Source: a virus
IMG/VR virus record: IMGVR_UViG_3300021962_000077
Coordinates: 1-64,000 of that record
Direction: 5' to 3' (one strand)
DNA length: 64,000 bases
Of the stretch, positions 1-10,110 are shown one piece after another; the stretch's first letter is position 1, and every line of letters starts with the position of its first letter. The position numbers were made by a program, and so were the translations under genes. Below the pieces are notes generated by a model. That model searched no databases and was not told the DNA's origin. It worked only from the letters and a program-made list of their open reading frames with translations.

Positions 1-63
1 ACTGGTACTCCTTGGCAAAATGAAGGCTATGTAACAGGTACTCCTTGGCAAAATGAAGGGTAC
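1..63 (+). repeat. 33-bp tandem coding repeat (TGTPWQNEGY x2 visible)
   Basis: ggtactccttggcaaaatgaagg occurs at 4 and 37. Confidence 0.85.
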
Positions 64-837
64 TTAGTTGTTACAGGTGGTGTACTAACATACAACGACT
101 TAGTAGGGTATGATGGTAGTCCTATTGTAACGGGGAACATGGTTGTTGGTACGTTCCAATGGGAAACTTCTATTAAAGGGGCAAATACCAGTGGCGGAGA
201 TGGCTACGGACTGTTAACAGCAACTCCCGTTGGCATGGTAGACTCTATAGAATATCAAGGGTTTGCAACTCGCACTCAACTCATATTTGTTCCAGGCACA
301 TACGGATCAAATGTTGTAACACTTACTGATATTAACGGTAGTACAAGTGTAACTATTACCATTGACGGTATTACCAGCGATGCTGGAACATTCAGTACTG
401 ACGGCAATTCCCTATATGTTAGGATTCCTGGAGACCCATTTGGTATCAATAGTAAAGTAGGGCAGACGCTGAATTTGTCAATATATGTGCCAGACGTGGC
501 AACCACTGCCGCAGGTGTTGGCTATATTGGCATGCCGCAAAAACTTAAGAGTGCTAACTACGGACTAGTAATGAGTGACATGGGCAAACACATTTATGTG
601 ACTGCTACTAGTACTGTTACAGTTCCATCATACACATCAGTGAACTTTCCAATAGGAACTACCATTGCTGTGGTTGCTGGCACAGGTGCTACTGTAAGTA
701 TTGCTATCACAACTGATACTATGTATTTGGCAGGTCCAGGTACAACAGGAACTAGAACACTGGCCGCCTACGGTATGGCAACATTGGTCAAAGTAGCACA
801 GAGTACTTGGTTTATCAGCGGCGTAGGATTAACATAA
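1..837 (+). CDS. Tail fibre/virion protein, 5'-truncated by the window edge
   Basis: Frame 1 is open from base 1 (TGTPWQNEGYV repeat) into the 139..837 ORF. G/T-rich; C-terminal ...ATLVKVAQSTWFISGVGLT resembles phage fibre C-terminal domains. Confidence 0.65.
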   Translation, partial: TGTPWQNEGYVTGTPWQNEGYLVVTGGVLTYNDLVGYDGSPIVTGNMVVGTFQWETSIKGANTSGGDGYGLLTATPVGMVDSIEYQGFATRTQLIFVPGTYGSNVVTLTDINGSTSVTITIDGITSDAGTFSTDGNSLYVRIPGDPFGINSKVGQTLNLSIYVPDVATTAAGVGYIGMPQKLKSANYGLVMSDMGKHIYVTATSTVTVPSYTSVNFPIGTTIAVVAGTGATVSIAITTDTMYLAGPGTTGTRTLAAYGMATLVKVAQSTWFISGVGLT

Positions 838-1286
838 TGACTGGTATAATGATGTCCCATATGAGTACTGCTGTTGCTCTTGGTCCAGGTGATCCTGATA
901 TAACAGCGTCAATGACAATTGGTAATGGCTTTGGAAATCTATATGGTTACAGTCCAGGGAATCCTATGCAGTTTATTCCGGCTCACGGATCGTTAACTAC
1001 AACTCCTACAGGGTTGATATACAGTATTAATTATAGTCCTGCTAGTCAGGAAACTGTGATTACATTTACTCCAGGAACTTATACTGGCGCTAACGGGTCA
1101 TTAGTAGTGACAGACGGTGAAACTATCAATGGACATACTACATATATTGTTAGTATTGGTGTGCTAACACAAACTATGTCAGCTACTCCAACACCAGACA
1201 GCCGTGTACTATTGCAAGGAAACGATCCGTTCAATCTAGTAGGACGAATCGGAATGACTGTGGCTATTGAGATAACATTAGCATAA
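837..1286 (+). CDS. Hypothetical virion-associated protein
   Basis: ATG overlaps upstream TAA (taatg). Shares FxPGTY and GxDPF...KVG/RIG motifs with the upstream fibre, suggesting a related beta-domain. Confidence 0.55.
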   Translation: MTGIMMSHMSTAVALGPGDPDITASMTIGNGFGNLYGYSPGNPMQFIPAHGSLTTTPTGLIYSINYSPASQETVITFTPGTYTGANGSLVVTDGETINGHTTYIVSIGVLTQTMSATPTPDSRVLLQGNDPFNLVGRIGMTVAIEITLA

Positions 1287-1296
1287 AGGAACAAAT

Positions 1297-2151
1297 ATGA
1301 AAACAGCAGGCGTAAACTTATCAACAATCAATGTATCAGCATTATTTAATCCTTCATTTTTTGGCAAGTATCGTTGGCTTCCAGATAAGCCCGACCCTAG
1401 AGATCATCTTTACCAATTAAATACAGCACTAACACTAGCACCAGTTGTTGATCTTAGACAGTATTGTAGTGCCATTGAAGACCAGGGAAACATTGGGTCA
1501 TGTACTGGCAATGCCATTGCTGGGCAAATAGAACTAATACAAAGAAAAGTTAATCCTACAAAAGGTCGCGATGTTAGTCGACTATTCATCTACTACGAAG
1601 AACGTGTGCTAATAGGGTCAGTGCGCTACGATTCAGGTGCTTATATCCGCGACGGTATTAAAGTAGTAAATAAAAAAGGTGCTCCGTTAGAAAGCCTATG
1701 GCCTTACATAACAAACAAATTTGCAACTAAACCTCCTACCGCTGCCTACAACGATGCCCTTAAACGTAAGGTTACAGGATATCAACGTTGTTCAAATTTT
1801 ACGGCTGTTAAAAATGCTGTGGCTGCAGGTAATCCAGTTACCATTGGATTTACTGTCTACGATAGTTTTGAAGGTGCGTGGGCAGACATTCCCAGCGGAC
1901 AACCAGGTTCGGGTATGATGCCATACCCTAATGTTGCAACAGAACAAGTCTTAGGCGGACATGCCGTGTGTATCGTGGGATACGATGATACTATGCCAGT
2001 TGCCGGTAAAGCTAATGGTAGATTTATTGTACGTAACAGCTGGGGCACCAACTGGGCCGACAACGGGTATTTTTATATGCCATATGACGTTATTAAAAAT
2101 ACATCAATGAGCAGCGACTTTTGGTTAATCAGCGCGGTAACTAATCCTTGA
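1297..2151 (+). CDS. Papain-like cysteine protease (peptidase C1A)
   Basis: DQGNIGSCTG (Gln and catalytic Cys), GGHAV (His), RNSWG (Asn), GYFY. Confidence 0.92.
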   Translation: MKTAGVNLSTINVSALFNPSFFGKYRWLPDKPDPRDHLYQLNTALTLAPVVDLRQYCSAIEDQGNIGSCTGNAIAGQIELIQRKVNPTKGRDVSRLFIYYEERVLIGSVRYDSGAYIRDGIKVVNKKGAPLESLWPYITNKFATKPPTAAYNDALKRKVTGYQRCSNFTAVKNAVAAGNPVTIGFTVYDSFEGAWADIPSGQPGSGMMPYPNVATEQVLGGHAVCIVGYDDTMPVAGKANGRFIVRNSWGTNWADNGYFYMPYDVIKNTSMSSDFWLISAVTNP

Positions 2152-2855
2152 ATATTATCTTATACACTCTACTAATGACACATGTTACTATAGCCTGTGT
2201 CACTCTATACCTGCACCGAAGTCAAGCCCATAAAAGTGTAGAATTTCATCCAGTACTAGCACATCTAATGCGCTGTTGGTTATGGTTAACCACAGGTATG
2301 ACTACTAAATCATGGGTTGCAATACATCGAAAACATCACGCATTTACAGAAAAATCAGACGATCCTCATAGTCCGCATGTACACGGTGTCCTTACAGTGT
2401 TATTTAAAGGTGCATTTTTATATGCTCAAGCTGCTAAAGATAAAAAAATGATCAGCAGTTACGGTGTAGGAACACCCGATGACTGGATTGAAAATAAAAT
2501 TTATACTCCCCACCCTTGGCTTGGAATTCTTGTAATGTTAGTCATTGACTTGTTGTTATTTGGTCCAATTGGTTTCATTGTGTGGGGAGTTCAAATGCTA
2601 TGGATTCCGTTCTGGGCAGCTGGTGTAATTAATGGCCTAGCGCACTGGTGGGGATATCGCAATGGAGAAACCAGAGATCAAAGCCGTAATTTAATACCTT
2701 GGGGTATAATTGTAGGAGGCGAAGAGCTGCATAATAACCATCATCTTAATCCTGCAAGCCCTAAACTCAGTTTAAAATGGTGGGAATTTGACATAGGTTG
2801 GTTTTATATTAGGGTTTTAGAACGCATAGGATTAGCAAAATCCAAAATCAACTAA
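2148..2855 (+). CDS. Membrane fatty-acid (delta-9 type) desaturase
   Basis: Three His boxes HRSQAH, HRKHH, HNNHH; WWEFDIGW; hydrophobic segments; TTG start. Confidence 0.92.
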   Translation: MNIILYTLLMTHVTIACVTLYLHRSQAHKSVEFHPVLAHLMRCWLWLTTGMTTKSWVAIHRKHHAFTEKSDDPHSPHVHGVLTVLFKGAFLYAQAAKDKKMISSYGVGTPDDWIENKIYTPHPWLGILVMLVIDLLLFGPIGFIVWGVQMLWIPFWAAGVINGLAHWWGYRNGETRDQSRNLIPWGIIVGGEELHNNHHLNPASPKLSLKWWEFDIGWFYIRVLERIGLAKSKIN

Positions 2856-2858
2856 ATA
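2853..2858 (+). promoter_or_regulatory. Putative late promoter TAAATA
   Basis: T4-like late -10 core upstream of the structural operon starting at 2880. Confidence 0.5.
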
Positions 2859-2879
2859 CATGATAAAAGAACGATTATT

Positions 2880-3554
2880 ATGGCAATAGAATCAGTTAAT
2901 CTTGGAGCTTATGCAAACGACGGGACCGGAGACGATCTCAGAGCTGCATTCCGCAAAGTTAATAATAACTTTGTTGCGTTAGCGCCTGCTATTTTAGACG
3001 GTGAAAATTTGGGTACTGGGATTGGTATTTTTGACAGTGTCAATCCGACAACTAATGTAATTCAATTTAACAGTTTACAAGCAGGTAATAATGTTAGCCT
3101 AAGTCTAGTAGATGGTACATTAACTATCTCTTCTGCAAATAGCGTTCTAAATAGTTTAGAAGAAGATTTAGATCTTAACGGACATAGTATAGTAGGAACT
3201 GGTACTATTGCCATAGAAGGCAGTATAACCACTACTGGTGCTATTAGTGCAGGTGATGTTCAGTCAACAGTATGGGGTATAGACATTAGAAATCTATACT
3301 TACTAATGTTGTTAGTCAGCGGTCAAACTGTTGATTTTGGAAGTTTACTTGTACCCACTCAAGGTGAGCTTGATATGGGATCATTCCTTGATCCGTATGG
3401 TATCAGCTATGACTTTGGCACATTCCTAGGCACAAGTGGGCCAACTATCATCCAACAAGATTTCGGAACATTTGATAACCCCTTTATAGGTGGTTACGAC
3501 TTTGGATCATTTACTAACCCACTTGCAGGGAATATTGATGCAGGGGCATTTTAA
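2880..3554 (+). CDS. Baseplate/tail-associated structural protein
   Basis: N-terminal ANDGTGDDLRAAFRKVNNNF motif typical of T4-like baseplate/fibre proteins; C-terminal D(F/M)G(S/T)F repeats. Confidence 0.65.
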   Translation: MAIESVNLGAYANDGTGDDLRAAFRKVNNNFVALAPAILDGENLGTGIGIFDSVNPTTNVIQFNSLQAGNNVSLSLVDGTLTISSANSVLNSLEEDLDLNGHSIVGTGTIAIEGSITTTGAISAGDVQSTVWGIDIRNLYLLMLLVSGQTVDFGSLLVPTQGELDMGSFLDPYGISYDFGTFLGTSGPTIIQQDFGTFDNPFIGGYDFGSFTNPLAGNIDAGAF

Positions 3555-3567
3555 TTAGGAGAATACA

Positions 3568-5595
3568 ATGGCTTTAAAATTAAGACGAGGACTAGAAGCA
3601 GATCGTACTAGTATATTACCTGCAGAAGGTGAGTTAATTTATACAACAGATCAAAAACAACTATTTGTTGGCGATGGAACTACTGCTGGTGGTACCCTCG
3701 TTTCGTCGGCTGTAGTTAGTGTCAATGGGATCAATGGTGTAGTATCATTAACCACCGACGACATTGACGAAGGTGTTTCAAATTTATACTACAGCGATAC
3801 CTATGCTAGAGCAGCTATTAGCGTAACTGGTGCAGGTGGTTCTTATGATTCTGGGACTGGCGTAATTACACTCACCGGCGGTGGTGGTGGATCAAGCGAT
3901 AGCTTTAAAACAATCACAGTAGCAGGTCAAAACAATGTTGTAGCTGATAGTGCAACCGATACACTAACACTTGTTGCTGGTACAAATATTACAATAACAA
4001 CTAACGATACCACTGATACTATCACAATTAATTCTACTGCAAGTAGCAGTGTAGAAAATCTCGACGACTTGTTAGATGTAGATGCAGCTAGCCCCGGAGG
4101 CGGTCAAGCACTTGTTTGGAACTCGGGTACTAGCACATGGCAAGCAGCAGATGTTGGATCTGGAACTGTGTCAGCATCGGTCATACATCAACTTGCTTGG
4201 TATTCAGATACTTATGAAGTTACTGGCAGTGACAAATTTAGTATCGATGACGATCTTGGAGCATTGTTTGTTAATGGCAACATCACTACACCTTCTTTGG
4301 TTTTACCAAACGATTCAGACGTAGACGCAATATCAGTAAACAAATTCCATAGTGGTCCAACTGAAAGTACAATTACTGCTACTAGAGCTAGAGGTACACA
4401 ATTAGCGCCAACTGCTGTTCAAGCAGGTGATGGTATTTTTGTTATGAATGTCCGAGCTAATAACGGAATTGACTATAATGATGTACTAAGAATTGTAACT
4501 GAAACTTCGTATGTAGTTGAAGCAGTTGAAGGATTAGAAGCAACTCTAAGTCTAGGCACTGCTGTTGTTACACTTACAACAGGTGATACTTCTGGTCTTT
4601 CAGAAGGACAATATGTATCGAAGACAGCAGGCGTTGGAGAATTTGGTGTAAGTTTTGGTAATGCACTTGAGGATTTTCCAGCTTATATCGTTTCAATCGA
4701 TGGTCCTACACAGATTACATTAAACGCTAATCATACTGCGGCAGGAGCAGTAACTTTCCGTAGTGGCGGTGTTACAGCCGGTATTACAAAATTCTTTACA
4801 GAATCTACAGATGGGCATGATAGACCAAATCTAAGAATTAAAGACGACGGTAGAGTACACATAGGTCCAGACATAGGTGATTTTGATGGCGATAGCTTTA
4901 ATGGTAAATTAAACATCACTTCTCAAACACCATCTGATCATGAATTTGATAAGGCCATGCTACGTTTGATATCAACAGGTAGTACAGCCAACGGACAAGA
5001 AATTAACTTTACTAGAGCTAGAGGAACTATTACCCAAGGTGGTTTAGGATTTGCCTTAACTGCTGTACAGACTGGAGATGAACTAGGTTCATTGGCGTTC
5101 TACGGTTGGTACGAACCTAACCCAGGCGGGGACAATCTTGAAAGCAGCCGTATTCTAGCAGAAGTTACTGGAACAGTTACTGGCAGTGCTATTCCTGGAA
5201 AATTAAAACTTCAGAATGCAAACTCTAGTGGAGTGATGGTTGACAGTCTTTCTTTAACTGCTACCGCTGCTACATTTGCAGGCAGTATATTAGTTGGAGA
5301 TGGTACAGTAGGTGCTCCAAGTATCGGATTCTCAACAGATGGTGGTACAGACACAGGATTCTCACATCCAAGTGACGGCACTATTGTAGTATCAACAGAT
5401 GGCGTTGAAGCTCTACGTTTTGATAACAACCAAATGACTACCTTTAGTGGCATGGCTAAAGTTGCAACTTATGCCGACGAAACTGCTGCAGAAGCTGCGG
5501 TAGACGGAAGTCCGACTAATGGTATGATGTATTATGATACAGGAGCAAATGCAGCTAAGATGTACGGTAACGGCACTTGGCATACATTATGGTAA
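3568..5595 (+). CDS. Tail fibre protein with Mtd-N-like N-terminal domain
   Basis: LKLRRG...PAEGELIYTTD..LFVGDG N-terminus; VVSVNG..GVV fibre motif; two RARGT...AVQxGD repeats. Confidence 0.7.
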   Translation: MALKLRRGLEADRTSILPAEGELIYTTDQKQLFVGDGTTAGGTLVSSAVVSVNGINGVVSLTTDDIDEGVSNLYYSDTYARAAISVTGAGGSYDSGTGVITLTGGGGGSSDSFKTITVAGQNNVVADSATDTLTLVAGTNITITTNDTTDTITINSTASSSVENLDDLLDVDAASPGGGQALVWNSGTSTWQAADVGSGTVSASVIHQLAWYSDTYEVTGSDKFSIDDDLGALFVNGNITTPSLVLPNDSDVDAISVNKFHSGPTESTITATRARGTQLAPTAVQAGDGIFVMNVRANNGIDYNDVLRIVTETSYVVEAVEGLEATLSLGTAVVTLTTGDTSGLSEGQYVSKTAGVGEFGVSFGNALEDFPAYIVSIDGPTQITLNANHTAAGAVTFRSGGVTAGITKFFTESTDGHDRPNLRIKDDGRVHIGPDIGDFDGDSFNGKLNITSQTPSDHEFDKAMLRLISTGSTANGQEINFTRARGTITQGGLGFALTAVQTGDELGSLAFYGWYEPNPGGDNLESSRILAEVTGTVTGSAIPGKLKLQNANSSGVMVDSLSLTATAATFAGSILVGDGTVGAPSIGFSTDGGTDTGFSHPSDGTIVVSTDGVEALRFDNNQMTTFSGMAKVATYADETAAEAAVDGSPTNGMMYYDTGANAAKMYGNGTWHTLW

Positions 5596-5614
5596 TTTAA
5601 CATAAGGATCTAGA

Positions 5615-8284
5615 ATGGCCTTAGAGATATGGCAGAAGCGTTCTGGCTATTCGTTTGGCACATTTCAAGAGCGCATTCCGTTAGAAATAAATCTGCCAGT
5701 ATCTCCGGATGCTGGTGTAGAAACGTTCGTAGGAAGTCGATTAATAGTCGATCTAGGAACGTTTAACAATCCACGATATGCTAATGTTGACCTCGGAGTA
5801 GGGTTTGAAGAATCTCAATACGAATACGAATTTGGTGCTCCAGATAAACCTATTGTAATTCCGCCAGAAGGAGTTACCTATACTATTATTTCTGGATCGT
5901 TACCCCCTGGACTTAGACTGTCAGATTATAAAATAGTCGGTACTCCGTTTGAAGTTCCAAGACCTACAACATTTACTTTCTGTGTACGAGCAACAAGCAC
6001 AGATGATATAGCAGATAGAACTTTTTCAATTACTATCGAAGGTGCAGATTTACCAACATTCCAAACAGCAGCAGGAGATCTTCCACTTGGTCCTGGCAAT
6101 GCCTATTATGTACTAGATTCATCTTTTGTAGATTTTCAACTTGATGCTGTAGATTTTGACACAGCCACTGGCCAAAAGCTGCATTTTTTCATAGCCAACG
6201 ACGATGGAGATCTTCCACCCGGGCTCACACTCAGCGGTGATGGAAAAATTACAGGATTTGTTGAACCTGCACTTGCCATAAAGAAAAGTGACGGTGATGG
6301 TTCATATGACAGTGGGCCGTATGACGCTGTAGTCTACGACTTCGGCGGTAGACCAAGTGATGGATATGACAGTTATGTCTATGACATTGTCAGTTATGAT
6401 TATAACATACCTACAAATACTCCTACTAAAGTTAATAGAAATTACGAATTTATTGTTTCCTTAAGTGATGGCGATACTATAAGGCAAAGAAAATTTAAAA
6501 TATTTGTTGTGGCTGATGATTATTTTAGAGTCGACAACACCCTACTTCCAGTAAGTACAGGTATATTTAAAGCCGACGGCACATTCTTAAGAAATCCAAT
6601 TTGGAGAACAGAAGCTAATTTAGGACAATATAGAGCAAACAACTATGTTACTCTAATGCTAGATATCTACTCTACTGTAGACACAGGATTAATTAGCTAT
6701 AGTATTGATGCTAGCAATTTGTATGATGCTGATCTGCTGTATACCGTAGACGACAAAGTATTATATAAAGACAAAACATACATTTGTATTAAAAACACTA
6801 CAACTCCAATTACAACACCTGACTTAGACAGTGAACATTGGTTGTTATCTAAAGTGCCGCCTGGTCTATTATTTGATTCATCAACCGGCGAATTGTTTGG
6901 CATAGTACCTTATCAACCTGCTGTTACAAAACAATATATTTTTAATGTACTGGCTACTAGATACTCAAATACTTTAGAAACTGCTTATAGTAGTAGAACA
7001 TTTACTATCGATATAATAGGTGAGATTGACAGCACAATCCATTGGTTAACTGATAATAATCTAGGAAACCTAGCTGCTAACTACACTAGTAATTTAAAGG
7101 TAGAAGCTGCCACTACAATTACAGGGGCAGTGTTAGTGTATAGCTTAGAAAGCGGCAAATTACCCCCAGGATTGAGTTTATCGTCAGACGGTGAAATAAT
7201 TGGAAAAGTAAATCAATTTTCAACTATTAATAAATCTGGGCTTACAAGATTTTATGATGAATCTAATTTTGATATTATCTATACTACATTTGATCAAGGC
7301 ACAACATCTATTGATCGTTCATACACATTCACAGTTAAAGCACGAGATCAATATAACTACAGTGCTATAACTAGAGAATTTACAATAAATGTAACTACAC
7401 CAAATGATAAACTTTATAGTAATCTAACTGTAAAACCGTTTATGCCAGTTGCACAAAGAAATATTTTTAAGTCATTCATAACTAATAATCTTGTATTTTC
7501 AGCAGGCAGTATCTACAGACCGAATGATTCAGAATTTGGGATTCAAACACAATTGAAGATGCTGGCCTATGCAGGCATAGAGACTAAAGAAGCGGCAGTG
7601 TATGTAAGTGCGATAGGACTTAATCACAAAAAGAAACAATTTAAATTTGGGGATATTAAAAAAGCAGTGGCTAAAATTCCCGGAACAAATACTGTAGTTT
7701 ATGAAGTAATATATGTGGAAATGTTTGATCCATTAGAACCAAACGGTAAAAGATTGCCTAATAAGATCAAAAATATCAGTAAAGACCAACACAAAATAAC
7801 TATTGACTCGACTAACGATTTCTGGAGTATAAGCCTAGATAGTCTAGAAGAAGATAATTTTTTCAATGGACGTAGGCCTAACCCATCTATAAAAATAGAT
7901 CAAACTAATATACAAATAAGTGATCCTAATACTAGAAATATTTTTCCATCTAGTATTTCTAACTGGCAGGATCGTATTAAAAATTGGAAAGATGACGAAG
8001 GTCAAGGATTATCAACTGAGCGAAACTATTTGCCCTTGTGGATGAGATCTATACAACCAGAAACAAAACAAGAACTTGGATTTATCTTAGCCATTCCTAT
8101 CTGCTTTTGCCTTCCAAATAAAGCAGACGATATATTAATTAATATTAAAAATTATGTTAAAACTACAGGATTTAATTTTAATCAATTAGACTACACTGTA
8201 GATAGATACATAATAGATTCGGTAACCAACGAGGATGGTGATAAATATCTTGTATTTAAAAATGACAGGAATACTATAACGTGA
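5615..8284 (+). CDS. Large virion protein with putative Ig (He_PIG-like) repeats
   Basis: Four (L/V)PPGL...G.(I/L).G units; CBM5/12-like insert at about aa 370-410. Confidence 0.7.
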   Translation: MALEIWQKRSGYSFGTFQERIPLEINLPVSPDAGVETFVGSRLIVDLGTFNNPRYANVDLGVGFEESQYEYEFGAPDKPIVIPPEGVTYTIISGSLPPGLRLSDYKIVGTPFEVPRPTTFTFCVRATSTDDIADRTFSITIEGADLPTFQTAAGDLPLGPGNAYYVLDSSFVDFQLDAVDFDTATGQKLHFFIANDDGDLPPGLTLSGDGKITGFVEPALAIKKSDGDGSYDSGPYDAVVYDFGGRPSDGYDSYVYDIVSYDYNIPTNTPTKVNRNYEFIVSLSDGDTIRQRKFKIFVVADDYFRVDNTLLPVSTGIFKADGTFLRNPIWRTEANLGQYRANNYVTLMLDIYSTVDTGLISYSIDASNLYDADLLYTVDDKVLYKDKTYICIKNTTTPITTPDLDSEHWLLSKVPPGLLFDSSTGELFGIVPYQPAVTKQYIFNVLATRYSNTLETAYSSRTFTIDIIGEIDSTIHWLTDNNLGNLAANYTSNLKVEAATTITGAVLVYSLESGKLPPGLSLSSDGEIIGKVNQFSTINKSGLTRFYDESNFDIIYTTFDQGTTSIDRSYTFTVKARDQYNYSAITREFTINVTTPNDKLYSNLTVKPFMPVAQRNIFKSFITNNLVFSAGSIYRPNDSEFGIQTQLKMLAYAGIETKEAAVYVSAIGLNHKKKQFKFGDIKKAVAKIPGTNTVVYEVIYVEMFDPLEPNGKRLPNKIKNISKDQHKITIDSTNDFWSISLDSLEEDNFFNGRRPNPSIKIDQTNIQISDPNTRNIFPSSISNWQDRIKNWKDDEGQGLSTERNYLPLWMRSIQPETKQELGFILAIPICFCLPNKADDILINIKNYVKTTGFNFNQLDYTVDRYIIDSVTNEDGDKYLVFKNDRNTIT

Positions 8285-9078
8285 CCAGCTCAATTAACAC
8301 AGATAATATTGATCCAGAATTTCCCGTAGCAGGACAGGATAATAACAGTCAAGGATTTAGAGATAACTTTCTTTACATTAAAGAAGGATTAGAAAGTGCT
8401 GCGTCTGACATAACTGATCTACAGCTTAATACACCTAGATTAGACGACGATAATGATTTTAACGGAAATATAATATCTAATGCAGTAACTTCTAGTGTGT
8501 ATGGGCTGGTATATACAGCTAGCGAAGGTGATCCAGCAGGTGAAGCAGATATTAATATTCCAAACGGGCCTCTACAATTTTTATACGCGAATAGCAATGA
8601 TTTAACAGTTACTTTTAGAAGTTGGCCTGCTATTAATCGCTATGCATCAGTAAGAGTGCATTTAATAGGTGATGCAACATCAACAAAAGTTGTAACTATT
8701 GAAACAGAAAATGCAGGATTAATAAAATTTCCTAAAGGTGTAACTAATGGATTAAAACTAATTTATGATGTTAGTAAAACAGTTGTGGGAACATATTCAT
8801 CAGGTCAGCCACAGGTTGTTTTAGACGATGTTACCGACTTAGAAGTTGGGTTTAATGTTACAGCACAAACAGGAAAAATTCCTTTAGGTACAACAATCGT
8901 AGATGTAGATTCAACAAATAATGTTGTTACATTTAATAATAATCTTACTGGTACTGTTGACGACGGTTTGACTATAGATTTTACTAGCCACGAGGTCAAA
9001 GTTAAAGTAATTGAGGCATGGACTTATAATGGCGGGTCAACTGTCTATATTAATTATATTGGAGAATATGCTCTATGA
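8281..9078 (+). CDS. Virion structural protein
   Basis: FPVAGQDNNSQGFRDNF N-terminus; GTG start overlapping the upstream stop; structural operon context. Confidence 0.55.
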   Translation: MTSSINTDNIDPEFPVAGQDNNSQGFRDNFLYIKEGLESAASDITDLQLNTPRLDDDNDFNGNIISNAVTSSVYGLVYTASEGDPAGEADINIPNGPLQFLYANSNDLTVTFRSWPAINRYASVRVHLIGDATSTKVVTIETENAGLIKFPKGVTNGLKLIYDVSKTVVGTYSSGQPQVVLDDVTDLEVGFNVTAQTGKIPLGTTIVDVDSTNNVVTFNNNLTGTVDDGLTIDFTSHEVKVKVIEAWTYNGGSTVYINYIGEYAL

Positions 9079-9308
9079 TACATCCATTAGCTGAAGACTT
9101 CAATGATTTAAAGGATGCAGAAATTGAATCGCGTATCCAAGATTTATCTAGTAAATATTTCATGAGTCAAAATCCTGCTGTTCAAAGGCAGATTGGTTTA
9201 TTTTTAGATATGTATAAAGCTGAACTACAGCATCGTCGGGCAAATGCTTGGCAAAAAGAATACCAAAAACGCAATAAAGATCTTGACGATTTAATTAAAG
9301 TAAATTAA
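9075..9308 (+). CDS. Hypothetical protein
   Basis: 77-aa ORF translationally coupled to upstream gene (atga). Confidence 0.6.
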   Translation: MIHPLAEDFNDLKDAEIESRIQDLSSKYFMSQNPAVQRQIGLFLDMYKAELQHRRANAWQKEYQKRNKDLDDLIKVN

Positions 9309-9311
9309 AAT
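9283..9311 (+). promoter_or_regulatory. Sigma70-type promoter (TTGACG-17-TAAAAT), possibly leaderless
   Basis: -10 ends 6 nt before ATG 9318. Confidence 0.5.
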
Positions 9312-9317
9312 GCTAGG

Positions 9318-9824
9318 ATGACCCTAGACAAATACGGAAATCCTATATTCACCGAACAAGATATTTTTGAATTGTTATATCAAGGACAATTTCAAAAATT
9401 AGATCAGCTGTTTGTAAAAGATTCCAAAGAGATTCAAAAATTAGAATTGGAATCTAGCATTTCATTTAAAAAACCCAACGAACAATTTTATACTCTGGCT
9501 GTGGAGGATTTTGATCATATACTACAGTCAGATTGGTTTATGCCCGAAGAATATAAAAATATGGACATAGAAGCATTTTTGATTCAGCATAGTACTAAAG
9601 AGCATAATGATCGATTAATGGAAGAATTGCAAGAATACAAAAAGCGCGATATGATCAATCTCTTACGCTGGTTAAAATACTTTGTAGATACCCTGAGAGC
9701 TAAGAACATTATCTGGGGAGTAGGACGGGGTAGTAGCGTAGCCAGTTATGTTCTCTTTATTTTAGGTGTACATAAAATCGATAGTATTAAGTATAATTTA
9801 GATTGGCGAGAATTTTTGAGATAA
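9318..9824 (+). CDS. DnaE (Pol III alpha)-like fragment
   Basis: WGVGRGSSVASYVLFILGVHKIDSIKYNLDWREFLR matches the DnaE GxGRGS...ERFL segment; ORF stops before the PDxDxD catalytic motif. Confidence 0.8.
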   Translation: MTLDKYGNPIFTEQDIFELLYQGQFQKLDQLFVKDSKEIQKLELESSISFKKPNEQFYTLAVEDFDHILQSDWFMPEEYKNMDIEAFLIQHSTKEHNDRLMEELQEYKKRDMINLLRWLKYFVDTLRAKNIIWGVGRGSSVASYVLFILGVHKIDSIKYNLDWREFLR

Positions 9825-9853
9825 GTAATAATATAATCCCTAAGGAGAAAATT

Positions 9854-10102
9854 ATGGCAATGAAAGAACAACAAAGATCAGTATATAAAACCATGCAAGG
9901 TAAAGAAGTTGACATGCATAAATTGGCTATGCAGCACGAGATGACTGTGGCCGTGGGAAATGTTAGAGTCAACGCTCGTGGCGACGAACTAGGGCCCGGT
10001 GGTCAAATTATTCGTAAAAGAGAAGATGTTCTAGAGGAATATTATCAAGGACATCCGGATGCAGCTCCGGACGAAGTTGTAATTAGAAAAAGACAAAAAT
10101 AA
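9854..10102 (+). CDS. Hypothetical protein
   Basis: SD aaggag upstream of ATG 9854; AVGNVRVNARGDELGPGG motif. Confidence 0.65.
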   Translation: MAMKEQQRSVYKTMQGKEVDMHKLAMQHEMTVAVGNVRVNARGDELGPGGQIIRKREDVLEEYYQGHPDAAPDEVVIRKRQK

Positions 10103-10110
10103 GGACAAAA

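Noticed and set aside
3568-5595. Diversity-generating retroelement suggested by the Mtd-like N-terminus
   Set aside because: No reverse transcriptase and no TR/VR repeat pair visible in the window; the similarity covers only the N-terminal fibre domain.
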